A program made the position numbers and the translations under genes. Positions 1 to 12,085 of a stretch of DNA of 64,000 nucleotides are shown here, piece after piece (position 1 is the first letter of the stretch; each line of letters opens with the position of its first letter). Source of the DNA: Setoptus koraiensis (taxonomy: Eukaryota; Animalia; Arthropoda); contig CM106585.1 of the NCBI GenBank assembly GCA_048013815.1, forward strand, positions 21,018,001 to 21,082,000, given 5' to 3'. The notes under the pieces were generated by a model. The model was not told where the DNA came from. It did no database searches and saw only the letters and a program-made list of their open reading frames with translations.

Positions 1-2852
1 AATGGATCTATTGTTGGCCTAAACACTGATTACAATACAAGGCAACAGCCCACTGTTGTTAGAATGCCCAGTCGTCGTTATAGCAACCGAGATATAAGCA
101 GAAGCAATGGCAATTTGATGATAGCAACAACCAAAACAAACCAAACTCAGGCAAACAATATGCAACCAACATCGGCCATGGCGATGGCCTACAATATGAA
201 CATTGGCAAATCGCAAACTCTTAAAGCGACACCTACTCAAAAGATGACACACACAACAAACAACCACAAGGGCCACTACAATCATTATAATCAAACGGAA
301 ATGGCCTCGCTGGGACTATTGACGCATTCGCACAATAACGGCACAACAACCAGCAACGTAGCTATTGTGCCGCCGGGCAGGCATATTGTTCAGCCTAGCA
401 TATATAAGGCCTCGTCTATTGTTAACGGTATGCATACTATAGGCGCCACTACAACCACTAATCACACAAACGACTTAATGATGCAACAATTCACTAGGTC
501 CTCTAGGCACAATTCTAGCAGTGTCAATCCGTCACCGCGCAGTGTTCGTAGTCAGCGATTGTCTCATCAACAGCAAGCGCGTCACTCGCAATCAAATCAC
601 GACAGTCTTCATTTTGTATCGTCTGCATCGGCCGGCCACGGGCCCGCCGGCTCAATGGCCGCCCCAGGCCTACCAACGCAAGCAATTTATCCTGTTGCAA
701 GCAACACTCAACTTGTGGGTCCGTTGTATCCGGCAAACAAATTAATTGGGGCCCCGATTGTTGCCAAGACAAACCAAAAACATCACAACAACAAGCAGCA
801 GCAGCAACAAATGCAAAACGACACTCTAATCAATGTAAATAATAACGACACTCACCATTCTAATCAAACGGCCACCATGACGGCCTACATGCCGCCTCCG
901 CCGCCTGCCTACAGTGGACCGCGACCTCAGCAATTGCAACAGCAACGGCACCTATTCTCTGACAGTGAAAGCGAATTGAGCAAGAGCAACTCGAAGCTGT
1001 CAGAAATGAGACACAACAACAACATGATGATGTCGTCGCAATCGTATCATCATCATCAGCAGCAGCAGCAACAGCAGCAGCATCATGGCAATCATTTAGA
1101 CAATAGGCGCGATCGCAACAATAACAGTACTCGACATAACGAGCCGGCAACGCTAATCATACAAAACAACGACCCGTATCAATCACAGTCTAGATCATCT
1201 AGGACACATTCGGCATCCACAAGATACCTCAACAACAGCACTAACGATGTACAAGCAACAGACAGAATGAGGGGTCCCAACGATAATCGCCATCAAAGGA
1301 AACGCAATCATTCTAAGAGCAGCAGACATCGTAGCAACTATGACGACGACAATGAGGCCATTTTAAATAGCAACGACGATGATGACGACGACGACGATCC
1401 AAGTGGCGAAGACGAGACACTAACATACAATGGCAAGCCAGTCACCAACAGCAAGCGTGCTGATCGGGTCCATCATGATAGTTATGACAGTGATACTTAT
1501 TACAGTGACGATTGTGGCGCATCTAGCGACGATGATCAATCTTATAGATCGGGTTGCTCGTCGACAAATGACCTAATGAACAGCAGTCGTAAGTCGTCTC
1601 ATTCCAATAGACAAACTAAGAGTGGCAACAACAGGAAGAGCAGATGCCATTCGTCGTCGCACAAACAATCACATCATAGGAATAGCAGCGAAAATCATCA
1701 TGGCAAATCAAGTCACCATTCCAGAAACGGTGATTCATATAGCAATAGACACAGGGATTCGCATCACAGAGATCGGTCATCAATGAAAAATCAACAACAA
1801 CAACAGGTATCTAATTTGAATAATGCGACATCGGCTGTTCAGAGCAACGCAACAAGTGGTGGACAGATTAGCAGTTTTGTCGGTGGCGGAAACCAGGAGA
1901 AGCTAAACGGCATTACAAGCGGCATTTCGTCGTCATCGCAACAACACAGTAATCAGCTACAATCGGTGGATTCTCAATGGAAGGCCATACAAGAGAGACA
2001 TAACAAATTTCAGCAGAATCGATCTCGTTATCTCATTGATGGTCTAGACAATGCCAATAATAGCGCCAATCTCAATAATACCAATAATAGCAACAAAAAC
2101 ACTCAAAACAACGGGCAATCGTCTTATGCTGGTGACTCGCCATCAAATGACAACAGCATCAACAACAACGGCAAACAGCCACAGGTTAATATTAAGAATA
2201 TAGCCAACAAACAGGCCACTCCGATAGTTATGGCAATGAATCATTTTTTCAATCAAAATCAACAGACGAACCAGCAACAACAACAAAAATTCTCCTCGCC
2301 CAACAGCGCCATCAATGGATTTGATTCAAGTCTCACCGACGCAACCCAATCAAATGTATCATCGCCATCCATATCACTTGCACACAATCAGGCAGGCTGT
2401 CAACAAAAATCCCTGGCAACCGGCTCTACAAGTACAACAACCAGTGGCTATTATGGTGGCTCTAATTCAATTGGGTCCGGTGCTGACAGTGACAGTCACA
2501 CAACTGTTGATGGAATAGGCAACGGATCCACGGGTGGTTCTTCGTTGAACAGTAACGCAAGCGGGCCCAATCAATCGGCTCCGTTCTTCAATGGAACAAC
2601 TGGTTTGATTGAATCATCTTCGATTAAATTGATGAAATCATTGGCCCCGAATGTGGTTAAAAACAATAACATCAACAACATTTTTTCATCATCGCATAAC
2701 AGACACATGAATACCAATCATTCTGCTGTCAATAATTGGCAAATAGAGTTAAATTCAGACATGAGAAGATGTTCAACAAACAATCATGCTACTGACAATA
2801 AAAATCACACCTCATCCGGAATCATGAAACAGACACATAACAATTATGGCGG
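1..2852 (+). CDS. Penultimate coding exon (5'-truncated by the window edge) of a large N/Q/S/H-rich, intrinsically disordered protein of unknown family
   Basis: The frame of ORF 64..2856 is also open from base 1 (NGSIVGLNTDYNTRQQPTVVR before the Met). It runs over 2.8 kb without a stop and contains a PPAY (PPxY) motif at 901-912. It ends at a consensus donor GG|GTAAGT (GT at 2853), phase 2. Confidence 0.75.
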
Positions 2853-3870
2853 GTAAGTAATCTAACGACAAGCACTAGTTTCGGCCAGAAAGCCTCTACT
2901 GTATAGTCTAGATTGTACAAAAATATCTTTAGATATTTAGCAGTGAGCAGAACTCATGGCATAACATTTGGTGGCAATAACACAACTAGAGAATTAGGAT
3001 ATTGTATTGTCTAACTCCGATATCTAAAAGTTCGAATTTGTCTCTGATTCATGCAAAGAGAGCTTCACCTCTATTATTTGACAAATAGTATTTGTCTTCA
3101 ATTTATTTATTAAGAATTTTTCGTATAAATTTCGATCCGATTATTGCAAGAAGCCGGCAAAAAAGGGGAATAGTGCATTTGTTCTCAGCTCGATCAGCCG
3201 AGAACAGATAGGCTATAGCCAGCCCCTTCTGACACTACCACCTAACCAGGTTACCTTGTCAATGAACTTGCACACATGGGGCCATACCGGTCCCATGATC
3301 ATGTTTTGAGAGGTACCTGAATCTTCTGGATCTACACAATTTTCGAGATATAAGCTTGAAATACAATACACTATTGAATCCGAGTACTTAGAGTACGATT
3401 TTTCAAATTTCAAGTTCGTGCAACTTCAGTACTGGCTGTAGTTATTGCGCAATCATACTGATATAATCAGTATAACTTGTTATATATAGAGTTATTACGG
3501 TTATAATTATAGAATTTTATAGTTATCCTCACTGTCGGTCTCAAATTCGTATGATGGTTCTTCGAGACCATCCTCTTCTTGTAAATAATCATCACAATAT
3601 CCGTAAGTGCAACTTCAGTACTGGTTGTAGTTATCGTATATGTTTGCTTGGTCCTATAACAAGTTGGTGGAGACCCCATTTATACAATAAGAAAGCTTGA
3701 AGACAGTGTCATAGCCGCTCTACCAATAGCCAACGAAGTCTGATGCTCACATCACGGAAGTATAGTTCAAACGTACTTCACAATGCACATACATTAGCAA
3801 TAAACTATCCTAAATCACATTACTAACTTGATCATATCAACTTGCCTATATTTATTAAAAACCCAAACAG
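2853..3870 (+). other. GT-AG intron (1018 nt)
   Basis: Donor GTAAGT at 2853, perfect branch point TACTAAC at 3821-3827, acceptor AAACAG ending at 3870. Phase 2 at both ends (GG+A = Gly). Confidence 0.7.
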
Positions 3871-4039
3871 AAAATCTAACCAAGATAAATATCATGACGG
3901 CAACAACAAACATGAGCGTGACAGCTCGCCTATATTATTAAGCAACAACGCTCTGGACAGAAGCCCCAACATGTTTAGTCAAAATGGTGTTGCCCAACAG
4001 ACAAATGGTCATCTCAAATATGTATCGTTTGATGTCTAG
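3871..4039 (+). CDS. Terminal exon of the same gene, ending ...NGHLKYVSFDV*
   Basis: Lies in the frame of ORF 3842..4039 downstream of the acceptor at 3870. The splice phase matches the donor at 2853. Confidence 0.7.
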
Positions 4040-4783
4040 GTGAAGGAGCCCATCAACTGTGTATATCCTGTCTAATGTGAGTCAACACTTTGTTCGTATT
4101 GTTTGTAGCACAATATTTTGTCAATCTGAAGTCATGTTCACAAATCAAATAATTTTCAAAGGTCGCAAGAACTAAGTATTATGTTATCTCCGTATTGGAA
4201 GACTGTTGAAGAATGTTTTGTCGTTAGTGTAAATAAATATCAATTATGATTCCTGCCAATCAAATAACTGTCACCTCGATACATTCGATTTACTTTTTGA
4301 GGCACCAGCTTCAATTGAATTTGTATTATTCTCGTATTTGTCAATCCTTTAGTGTTGGAAAAACGCACGTTGACAATATTCAGCACTATGTCAAGGACAA
4401 AGAGCATCTAAAATTAATTTTCGCCTGAATCATAGAAAGTCTTTATTTGAGAACCATCCGCAACACTTTATTATTAAAACGTAGGGAGATTACGAACGTA
4501 GATCTCTATACTTTTTAGGAGAAATGTCACACTATCGATCCGTCACGATATTGGTCACTATATTTGTTGCTCATGGGGCGACCGACTGCGATCTCGTGGC
4601 ACGAAAGTGCTGCATGCAGTAAATGGTTGATATCTGACGGTCGAGACGTTTTATACAATGAAATATAACTGAATCATGGAGAAGGTCCGTGACTCAGTTG
4701 GAGAAACTGGTTCGCTCAGGAGACAACTTTGAGTCCTTATAACCGAAAGGAAGACAAAAGCAAATTTGCAATAGGTCTCAAAA

Positions 4784-5317
4784 TTGAAACTGTATCAGCC
4801 AGGACAGTATCTAACCAGGTCGAAAAGCAAAGGATCACCGTCTACAAATAAAGATGGAAGTCCGTCCTCGCGTCTACAACAAAAGACGGACAACGGAATT
4901 TCCTTCGCTATATCTGAGGAAGATGATGCAAGAATCAGCACATTTTCCAATAACACTAATGACGATGCTGTCGTCAGCGAAATTTCAGATATATCCATCA
5001 CGATTCGCGACATCGAGAGATTAAAAGAAGGGGGCTGGCTGAATGATAAACTAATCGACGCTATATTCAAAATGGATATCCTTATATTTTGATCCAAAAA
5101 GATATCTGGATATTCGGGCATATTCATCCCGTGATAATTTTATTGTTGGTGATTGCGCCTTGAGGTGGAGTGAACGATAGAATGTTTCATCCGTTAGTTT
5201 TTCCAGAGGTTTGTAGGGTGTTTCTGTGGACATCCTTGCAGTTTTGCGTTGTTTCGCCATACTGCCAACGGCCTAAAAATAAGTTGCGTTATACATCCAG
5301 TAGTTAGACTCGAATGA
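4784..5317 (+). pseudogene. Decayed Ulp1/SENP (peptidase C48) protease fragment, probably transposon cargo
   Basis: DIERLKEGGWLNDKLID matches the C48 L..L....WLND.(I/L)I motif. Reading through stops in the same frame gives IFIP**FYCW*L at about 5120-5155, where the IPI...HW catalytic-His motif is expected. Several in-frame stops are present. Confidence 0.55.
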
Positions 5318-5806
5318 TAAGAGACGCCTCGCGTTGCCAAGAGAAGAGTAATCTTCGTGTGCACAAGTTTCGCGCGCCCGGGTATTACTGAGCTACACAC
5401 ATCAACACATCTCTGTAGTAGCTCAATTTTGAACTACTAGTTCAATCAGAGTCTGGTAAGTAATTATGGTTATTCTATGGAATAGCGCCACAGTTTTTTT
5501 GGGTATTTTTGGGTATTTTCGGGTAGGATATTGTACTTTGATACCGGAATGGGTATTCCGGAAGTGCGGAAATTCTTAGTTCCCGAGATAACCGAGGTAC
5601 CGCACGGGAGGCGTTTCTCTGTACCCGACGACCGCTAGCGGTTTCTGAGATATTTTGTAGGGTATTTTTTCATATTTTTGGGTAGACAAACTTATTCCAA
5701 ACCGATCTGGTTACTTTCAGAGTTGATAAAAGTGACTCGAAAATTAAGCAAGAGCGTTCCATCAACAAACTTTTTTCAGATTTGAGCTTCGCTTCACTCG
5801 AACAAA

Positions 5807-5979
5807 AGCCTGCGATTGTTCTGAGAACTCGGCCTGCGGCCTCGTATTCTGGAGGCCGTCACATCTCCGTCGTCGCTACCGCGACGACTCCGTGCGACGG
5901 GAACCCTTCGGGTAGGGTTGATGAGCGCTTCGGGTATCGGGCTGCGCCCTCTACCCTCCGCTCACATGACTGCAATCCA
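5807..5979 (+). repeat. Left arm of a 173-bp inverted repeat (partner 6577-6749)
   Basis: ORFs 5782..6105(+) and 6478..6798(-) encode the near-identical peptide PAIVLRT.PAASYSGGRHISVVA.ATT.CDGNPSGRVDERFGYRAAPSTLRSHDCNP, and the DNA arms are reverse complements with few mismatches. Confidence 0.9.
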
Positions 5980-6576
5980 TACACGAAAGTAGGTTGTGCA
6001 ACAGACTGTCTACTGTCGAATTTCATTACTATCGCTCATTATCTCAGAAACCGGAAGTCCAACAGATATCAAAATGACTTCATCGTGCTCAACGCAGTCA
6101 AATAAGGCTGCATATCAAGTTTCAAGGCTGTATCTGCACGTTTATGTAAAACCGGAACCGGGAGTTTCCGCACGTCCGGACCACTCAAAGAATTCTCAGG
6201 GGGCTCTACGGGACCCATGTGTAAAGTTTCATCCAATTCGGAGTGTGGCGCTGTTCGAAAAAAAAACGGTCTAAAACTGACGAACGGACGTGATGAGGTA
6301 CGAATGATTGATGGGGATTTTTTCTGAGCCTTACTCGTCTATTTCGAAACCTGAATAGTAGTTTTGGTTGTTCCATCGAACAGCGACCACGCCTAATTTG
6401 GGTATTTTGGGTATTCTTGGGTAGGGTATTGCACCCTGATACCCGAACGGGTATTCCGGAAGTGCGGAAATTCTTCGTTACCGAGATACCCGAGGTACCG
6501 CATACTGGGTATTTGAGGGTATTTGAAGGCATATTGACGGTACAATCGGCCGTACCCACCCGCCTGCAGCTGTGTT

Positions 6577-6749
6577 TGGATTGCAGTCATGTGAGCGGAG
6601 GGTAGAGGGCGCAGCCCGATACCCGAAGCGCTCATCAACCCTACCCGAAGGGTTCCCGTCGCACGCAGTCGTCGCGGGAGCGACGACGGAGATGTGACGG
6701 CCTCCAGAATACGAGGCCGCAGGCCAAGTTCTAAGAACAATTGCAGGCT
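6577..6749 (-). repeat. Right arm of the 173-bp inverted repeat
   Basis: Reverse complement of 5807-5979. Confidence 0.9.
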
Positions 6750-7099
6750 CATCCCTGAGTGTAGCGAAGCCTGAATTCGGCAACTTCTGGTCTCTCAATT
6801 CTAGAGATATCGCTATAACCAGAGAACCGGAAGTGGTGAAATGCTGAAAGTTGTGTCATCCTGTTAATCGTCATCTAGAACGTCAGTCTGATGATTTTCA
6901 ACTCTCTAAAAGCAACTTTAGGTAAAAACGGAACCGGAAGTTTCCGCACTTCCGGACCACTTTTTCCAATGGTTTTGGGTCAAGATGAACCTGTACCGGA
7001 AGTTTCATCATGATCGGCGCTGGGACCTAATCGCTACAACAACCAGAATAACAAATAAGAAACAAGGGAAAACGAATATCCACATAATTGTTGTAATAA

Positions 7100-10000
7100 T
7101 TTCCAGCGCTTAATTTTAATTAAGGAGCTATTGATGTGGTTCTGGCAGATAAGTGATTAGGTGATCATGTCTTTCTTTACTGTCAATACGCAAGATTCCT
7201 ATGAGGACCTTAGTAGGATGGAATATTGGAACAAGCGAACTGCCGCTGTATTTAACGAGCATTGTTCGAGATTTAATTCTAGCTTTCATGCTGTTGGTTT
7301 GCCACTCAGTGGGTACCATCTGTATGGGCTTCCACCAAGTGTTATAGAGGCCGGGGTTAGTGTGGGGGGAGGGAGGAAGGGGGGGGGTGGGTAGAATTCT
7401 AAATATCGGCCAGGAATTTATTATCAATGGGGCTTGATTTGCGGCTGGGGCACCTATATGGAACTTGTTGTAAAGGAGATATAAGGTCTCTGTTAGCTCA
7501 TCCATATGATTATTTAAAAGTGCAAATCGTCACGTTGAAGATTATTTGATTGTTGGGTGCGTGAGTTTATCCTAGAGTAAAAAGGGAGAACCATATCGAT
7601 CTGGAGGATTAACAGATATGGGCTCATATGAATGAGGGTAGTGTATTTCATGTTACAGGCATGGAGAGGCGAAAGCTAAGTTTTTAGGGCAGACAGAAGA
7701 GACTAATCTATTATGTTAAATTTGTCCTCCAGCCTCATGGATTGGAAGCGCGATTTAGTTGCCTAAGGCACGAAGTCAAGGTCAATGGAACCTTGAAGGC
7801 GTTAATTCCAAAGAGCTACTGGCCCGCGTGATTTATATACAGAAGCTCGACCGTCTGCAGGTTATTAGGATATTGTAATAATCGAGGGTGCCAGAGGGGG
7901 TATGGCCGGCGCCTAAACAGCGTATCCCATGCATTATATAGAGGCCCTTCTAGTGCATAATGTAGCGCCTAGTGCTGCTACCGTTTGGCCATGCTCTCCG
8001 GAAGTAAGCGAAGATTTGTCGATCAATAACTCTTAGGGGATTTTGTTTGTGCAGAAAAAGTGTATGGGCGCAATTTAATTATGAGTAAAGAATGCGTGTA
8101 GTGTATGATTATGTTTATTATATGGCTGGCACGCAAAGGAAGGAAATGTTAGCTTGTCTCCTTGGACAATTAATGTATTTGAAATAATAATGACAGCTCA
8201 GAAAATTCATATAGTCCACTGAATGCTTGAATACACATGCGATGTAATTCTATATATTTGGGGAAAGGCTATGATGCTAGCCGATCTAGCTGCATGAAAA
8301 TTATAAAGGCATGGGGAACGGGAGGCGAGGCACGGCATAATGGGCAAGTACCTCGATGGGCGAGTAGGTCCCTGGCGGTCACACTTGTTTGTCCTACGAT
8401 ACAATTAATTGATTCCTTAAGAGAAACTATGGTGGCTAGTATTTCCAATGGCACATTTCGGCAGTTCCCGAAGCCCAATAATTAAATGGATAAGTATAAG
8501 GCTATATTAATCAAAAAAATAAGAATTTAATAAAGGCAATAAAATACCTAACTGCATGCTTGGCGATTATTTCAAGTCCTCGTATTGGAGAGTGTGCAGG
8601 CCGTTGAAGGCTGGCTTACATAATTGAAGAAGTTTCAGTGTGGCTTCAAAAACAAAATGCAGTAATAAAGACAGTTAAATTTAGCATTAATAAAAGAACC
8701 ATAACTAGTCTTGAAATAGGTCTTCAGTTTATGTCACGATTGCACAATTATTTAACATATATAGCTAAAGACTTAATATATATCTTTCGCGTTACAATTA
8801 TATGTGTAATTAAGCAATTAGGGATATAACCCATAGTTAGCTTACAAGATGCAGGTAGGATACCGCTTGGGGCTGGGCAAAAGGATTGGTAAGGCTATTG
8901 GGGCGCGGGGGGGTGGGGGGGGGGGAGGGGGTGGGGGGGGGGGTGGGGGGGGGGGGGGGGGGGGGAGGTGGTTGGGGGGGGGGGGGGGGGGTGGGTTGGG
9001 GGGGGGGGGAATATCAGAAGGTAATCTGAATTCGCGAATCTTCGCGGCGGATAAGGCGATCTGAAATCTGCGTTTGTATGGCAAGTCTTTTTGAGCAGCC
9101 TTCTACAGCATATTACATAATGATCAAAATGAATTTGTTTTCGGTCTTGACGCAGAAAAGGAAAAGAGAAACATGAGAACTTCGTGAAGGGGGGCTCTGA
9201 AGCGGCCGAAGAAGGGTGCGGTGGGTCTTTTCTCTAAAATATTAAAAGAGTAAGCTAGCTTGCTTGCGGATATACGGATTAGTGGGAAGCCGTGCACGGG
9301 CAATGCCTAGGGGCGCAAAGATATATTATTGAACGGGCGACAGAACTTAGAAATTATATAGGTCGATATGGGCAATTGAAAAAATTGTTTATCAAAGAGT
9401 GTATACGTATAATTTTTAGCATAAGAATCTGCGTATAATTGTTGCCTGGGAGGTAACTATATAGGGGGGGTTGGGCTATTTGTAGAGGACTTGGCTATAT
9501 TTAAAAGTTTTTGCCTACTTTTGGCTCAGCCGCGACTAAGTGGTTTGTTGTGATCCTATTGGGTTGAATAACAAAGGGACGCTGTTAAAAGGTCGACTTA
9601 TAAGGTGTCATTTCCAATAGGGGAGTGGGGGGGGGGGGGGGTGGGGGTGGCGGGGGAGGGGGGGGGGGTCGGGCACATTACAGGATAGGGCTATTGGTCT
9701 TGTGAGTTATTGTAGAGCAAGGTCAACAAATATGTGTTTGGCCGGTGGTATTGGCTTGTTTATCTACCGTCCTATGTATTTACATAGCCTTCGTTTAAGT
9801 AGTTTGCGATCAGGGAATAGCGACGAAGGTATTGGATACTGATGATTACGCCTCATAATGGTTTATTGCTCAGACGGATTGTTGACAATATCCTTTGCGC
9901 ATGGAAGTAATTATCATTCGAACTTGTTGGACATTGACTGGCTATTTTTAATGGGCAGATAGTCGGCAATATTTTCAAGTTAGCAAGTGGCGCGCTTGAG

Positions 10001-12054
10001 TCCGCTATAGAACATATTGATATATAAGCGAACCGAATGTGACAGTGAGAAAAAGGATTAGTCATGAGATGGCCAACCTATCTGCCATGGAGCTATATAG
10101 CAATTGTATTAATCAGATGTGCTTATTATGGTCTTGGGCCTGCTATCACAGCTGTCAGTCACTAGAGGTGTGTTTCACTATCTAGTTCTCCCGCTAAAGT
10201 GTGGGTATGTGTAATAGACTTATATTAGGACATATTTGGTTACAAGAGACGTGTATTTATGCCAATCCTTAATTATAGTTAGTAGCGAGATAGGGAACTT
10301 AAAATGGAATTTGGCATATGACTCTGGCGCATTAAGGGCTAAGTGATTCCAAACGTGTGCGTGCGTGCTATATATAGGAGGAAAAACCGAAAAGTAGGTA
10401 AATAGATCAATAGTTCAGTCTGCTGAGTAAAGCAGGGAATGTCGGGGCCCTGAGCATTATGTTTAGGCGCAAATGTGATCTCTCGATGGATTGATGTTTT
10501 GCCCCTTAATAGTCTGAATAAGATGCCTTATTAAGTTAGTGACAGCGTGTCATGGTATACAAATTCTAAGAGTTGACTCAAGTCAATATACATGGGGCGT
10601 CGCCAGAATATACAGTGACTAAAAATTATTGTATACGCAAGATGGCAAGATGAAGCAATGCAACCGTTTGGATCGGTGTTGATGTCTTCGAGAACGCATA
10701 TGTTTACTAGAAGCTCATCTAGCTCGTTCGCTTGGCTCTCTCAGTGTAATCGGAGGGGTAATAAAATGTAGTCGAAACCAGGGCTAGGTTTGTAGTGGGC
10801 GGAATTCCCACGGCCAGCTTTTGCCTTGACCTTGCACACCGAATGTATTTGTGGCTGGCTTGGGGCGCATCTTGTCTGTGGAGTTTTCGCAATTCATGAG
10901 AGGAGGATGACAAAAGCCGAAAAAGAGTTGGCGGAGCTATCTGAAAAGAGCTTATAATCTTTTCGCAAATTGAGAAGTCGGTAAAGAGGAGGGGATTCAC
11001 AGGAGACTGCAAGTTGAATGATGGAAGGGGCAAAGATTAGAACAAGGGCATAAGGCTTTCCTTGCCTAGATATTTTGGATTTTTTTTAGGTAATTAGGTA
11101 TTCTTCAGGTCTGTTTGTAGCTGAATAGTTAGCGGCTAAATCAATAGCGCGAAACCACTCTGTAAGACACGATTCTGTATGGAACCCAAGCTACGCTGGT
11201 AATTAAGGTATAGTCTTGAAGCCCTGCAAAATAGAACGATAGATAGAGTGGTCGCGGTCAAAAAGTGGCGAGAAATCTTCGTTCCCGGTTTTAATCCTTT
11301 GCGAAGAGTGAAGCAGGCAATCCTCAAAAGAAAGGCGTAGTAGCATGCTGAAAAATGCACGTCATAGTGACAGTTGCCCTAGAAGAAGCGGCACCAACAG
11401 AACAGCGGAAGATGAGGCGGGGCGAATATATTAAGCAATTCAATGCTACTAGATGAAAGCTTCCGGCTTTCTTTGAGATAATCGGCATATTATAATTGGA
11501 TTTGTTGGAAGAGGCCGGAAGGTTGACGAAGTTTCTAGTTTCAGGCTAGCAATCTCGGGATGAAGGCCCTTAGGCGATGGGTACTGAGAACTTCGGCTGC
11601 TGGCCTAGTCGTAAATCTATGGAGGCGGCGCCAGCACATAATAACCACGTCTGATCTAGGTCTTCCCCGGCGACGAGCTGCGTTCGCGAGCGGGGAGAGA
11701 CCATATGTGCGGGATACGAATGGTCTTGATGAGCCAGGGGCATATCGGTTGTGCGGGCTTCGCGCTCAGCCCTCCGGCGCATGGGTTCTCGAACTATGAC
11801 TACGAGCCGATCGAGCAAAACCGATAGACGAAAGTAGTATTAGGGAGACAAGAAGAAGATGTTGTAAAAAGGCGCTGCAGAACAATGATTTAAGGCAGCA
11901 AATTCTACGACGCTGTTGGGCCATACGTTGTGTGGACGACTTTATCCGTAGGCCTCAGCAAGGGCAGCAGATACTTGCATGTGCGTACTTTCACCACTCG
12001 TGGGCGCGCGGGTATGGCCCATTCGTATCCGATCGGGGGGGGGGGGGCGGGGGG

Positions 12055-12085
<31 letters not shown>

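Larger units (their letters stand above)
5480..7050. mobile_element. Composite non-autonomous element(s), foldback-like or Helentron/DINE-1-like
   Basis: Diverged direct repeat at about 5500-5605 and 6399-6503 (GGGTATTTT...TTCCGGAAGTGCGGAAATTC...CCGAGATA..CGAGGTACCGCA). A 173-bp inverted repeat at 5807-5979 and 6577-6749. Repeated AAAACCGGAACCGG(A/G)AGTTTCCGCAC.TCCGGACCACT at about 6148 and 6925. AAGTTTCA motifs and TTTCAACTCTCTA recall DINE-1/HINE cores. No transposase ORF. Confidence 0.6.
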
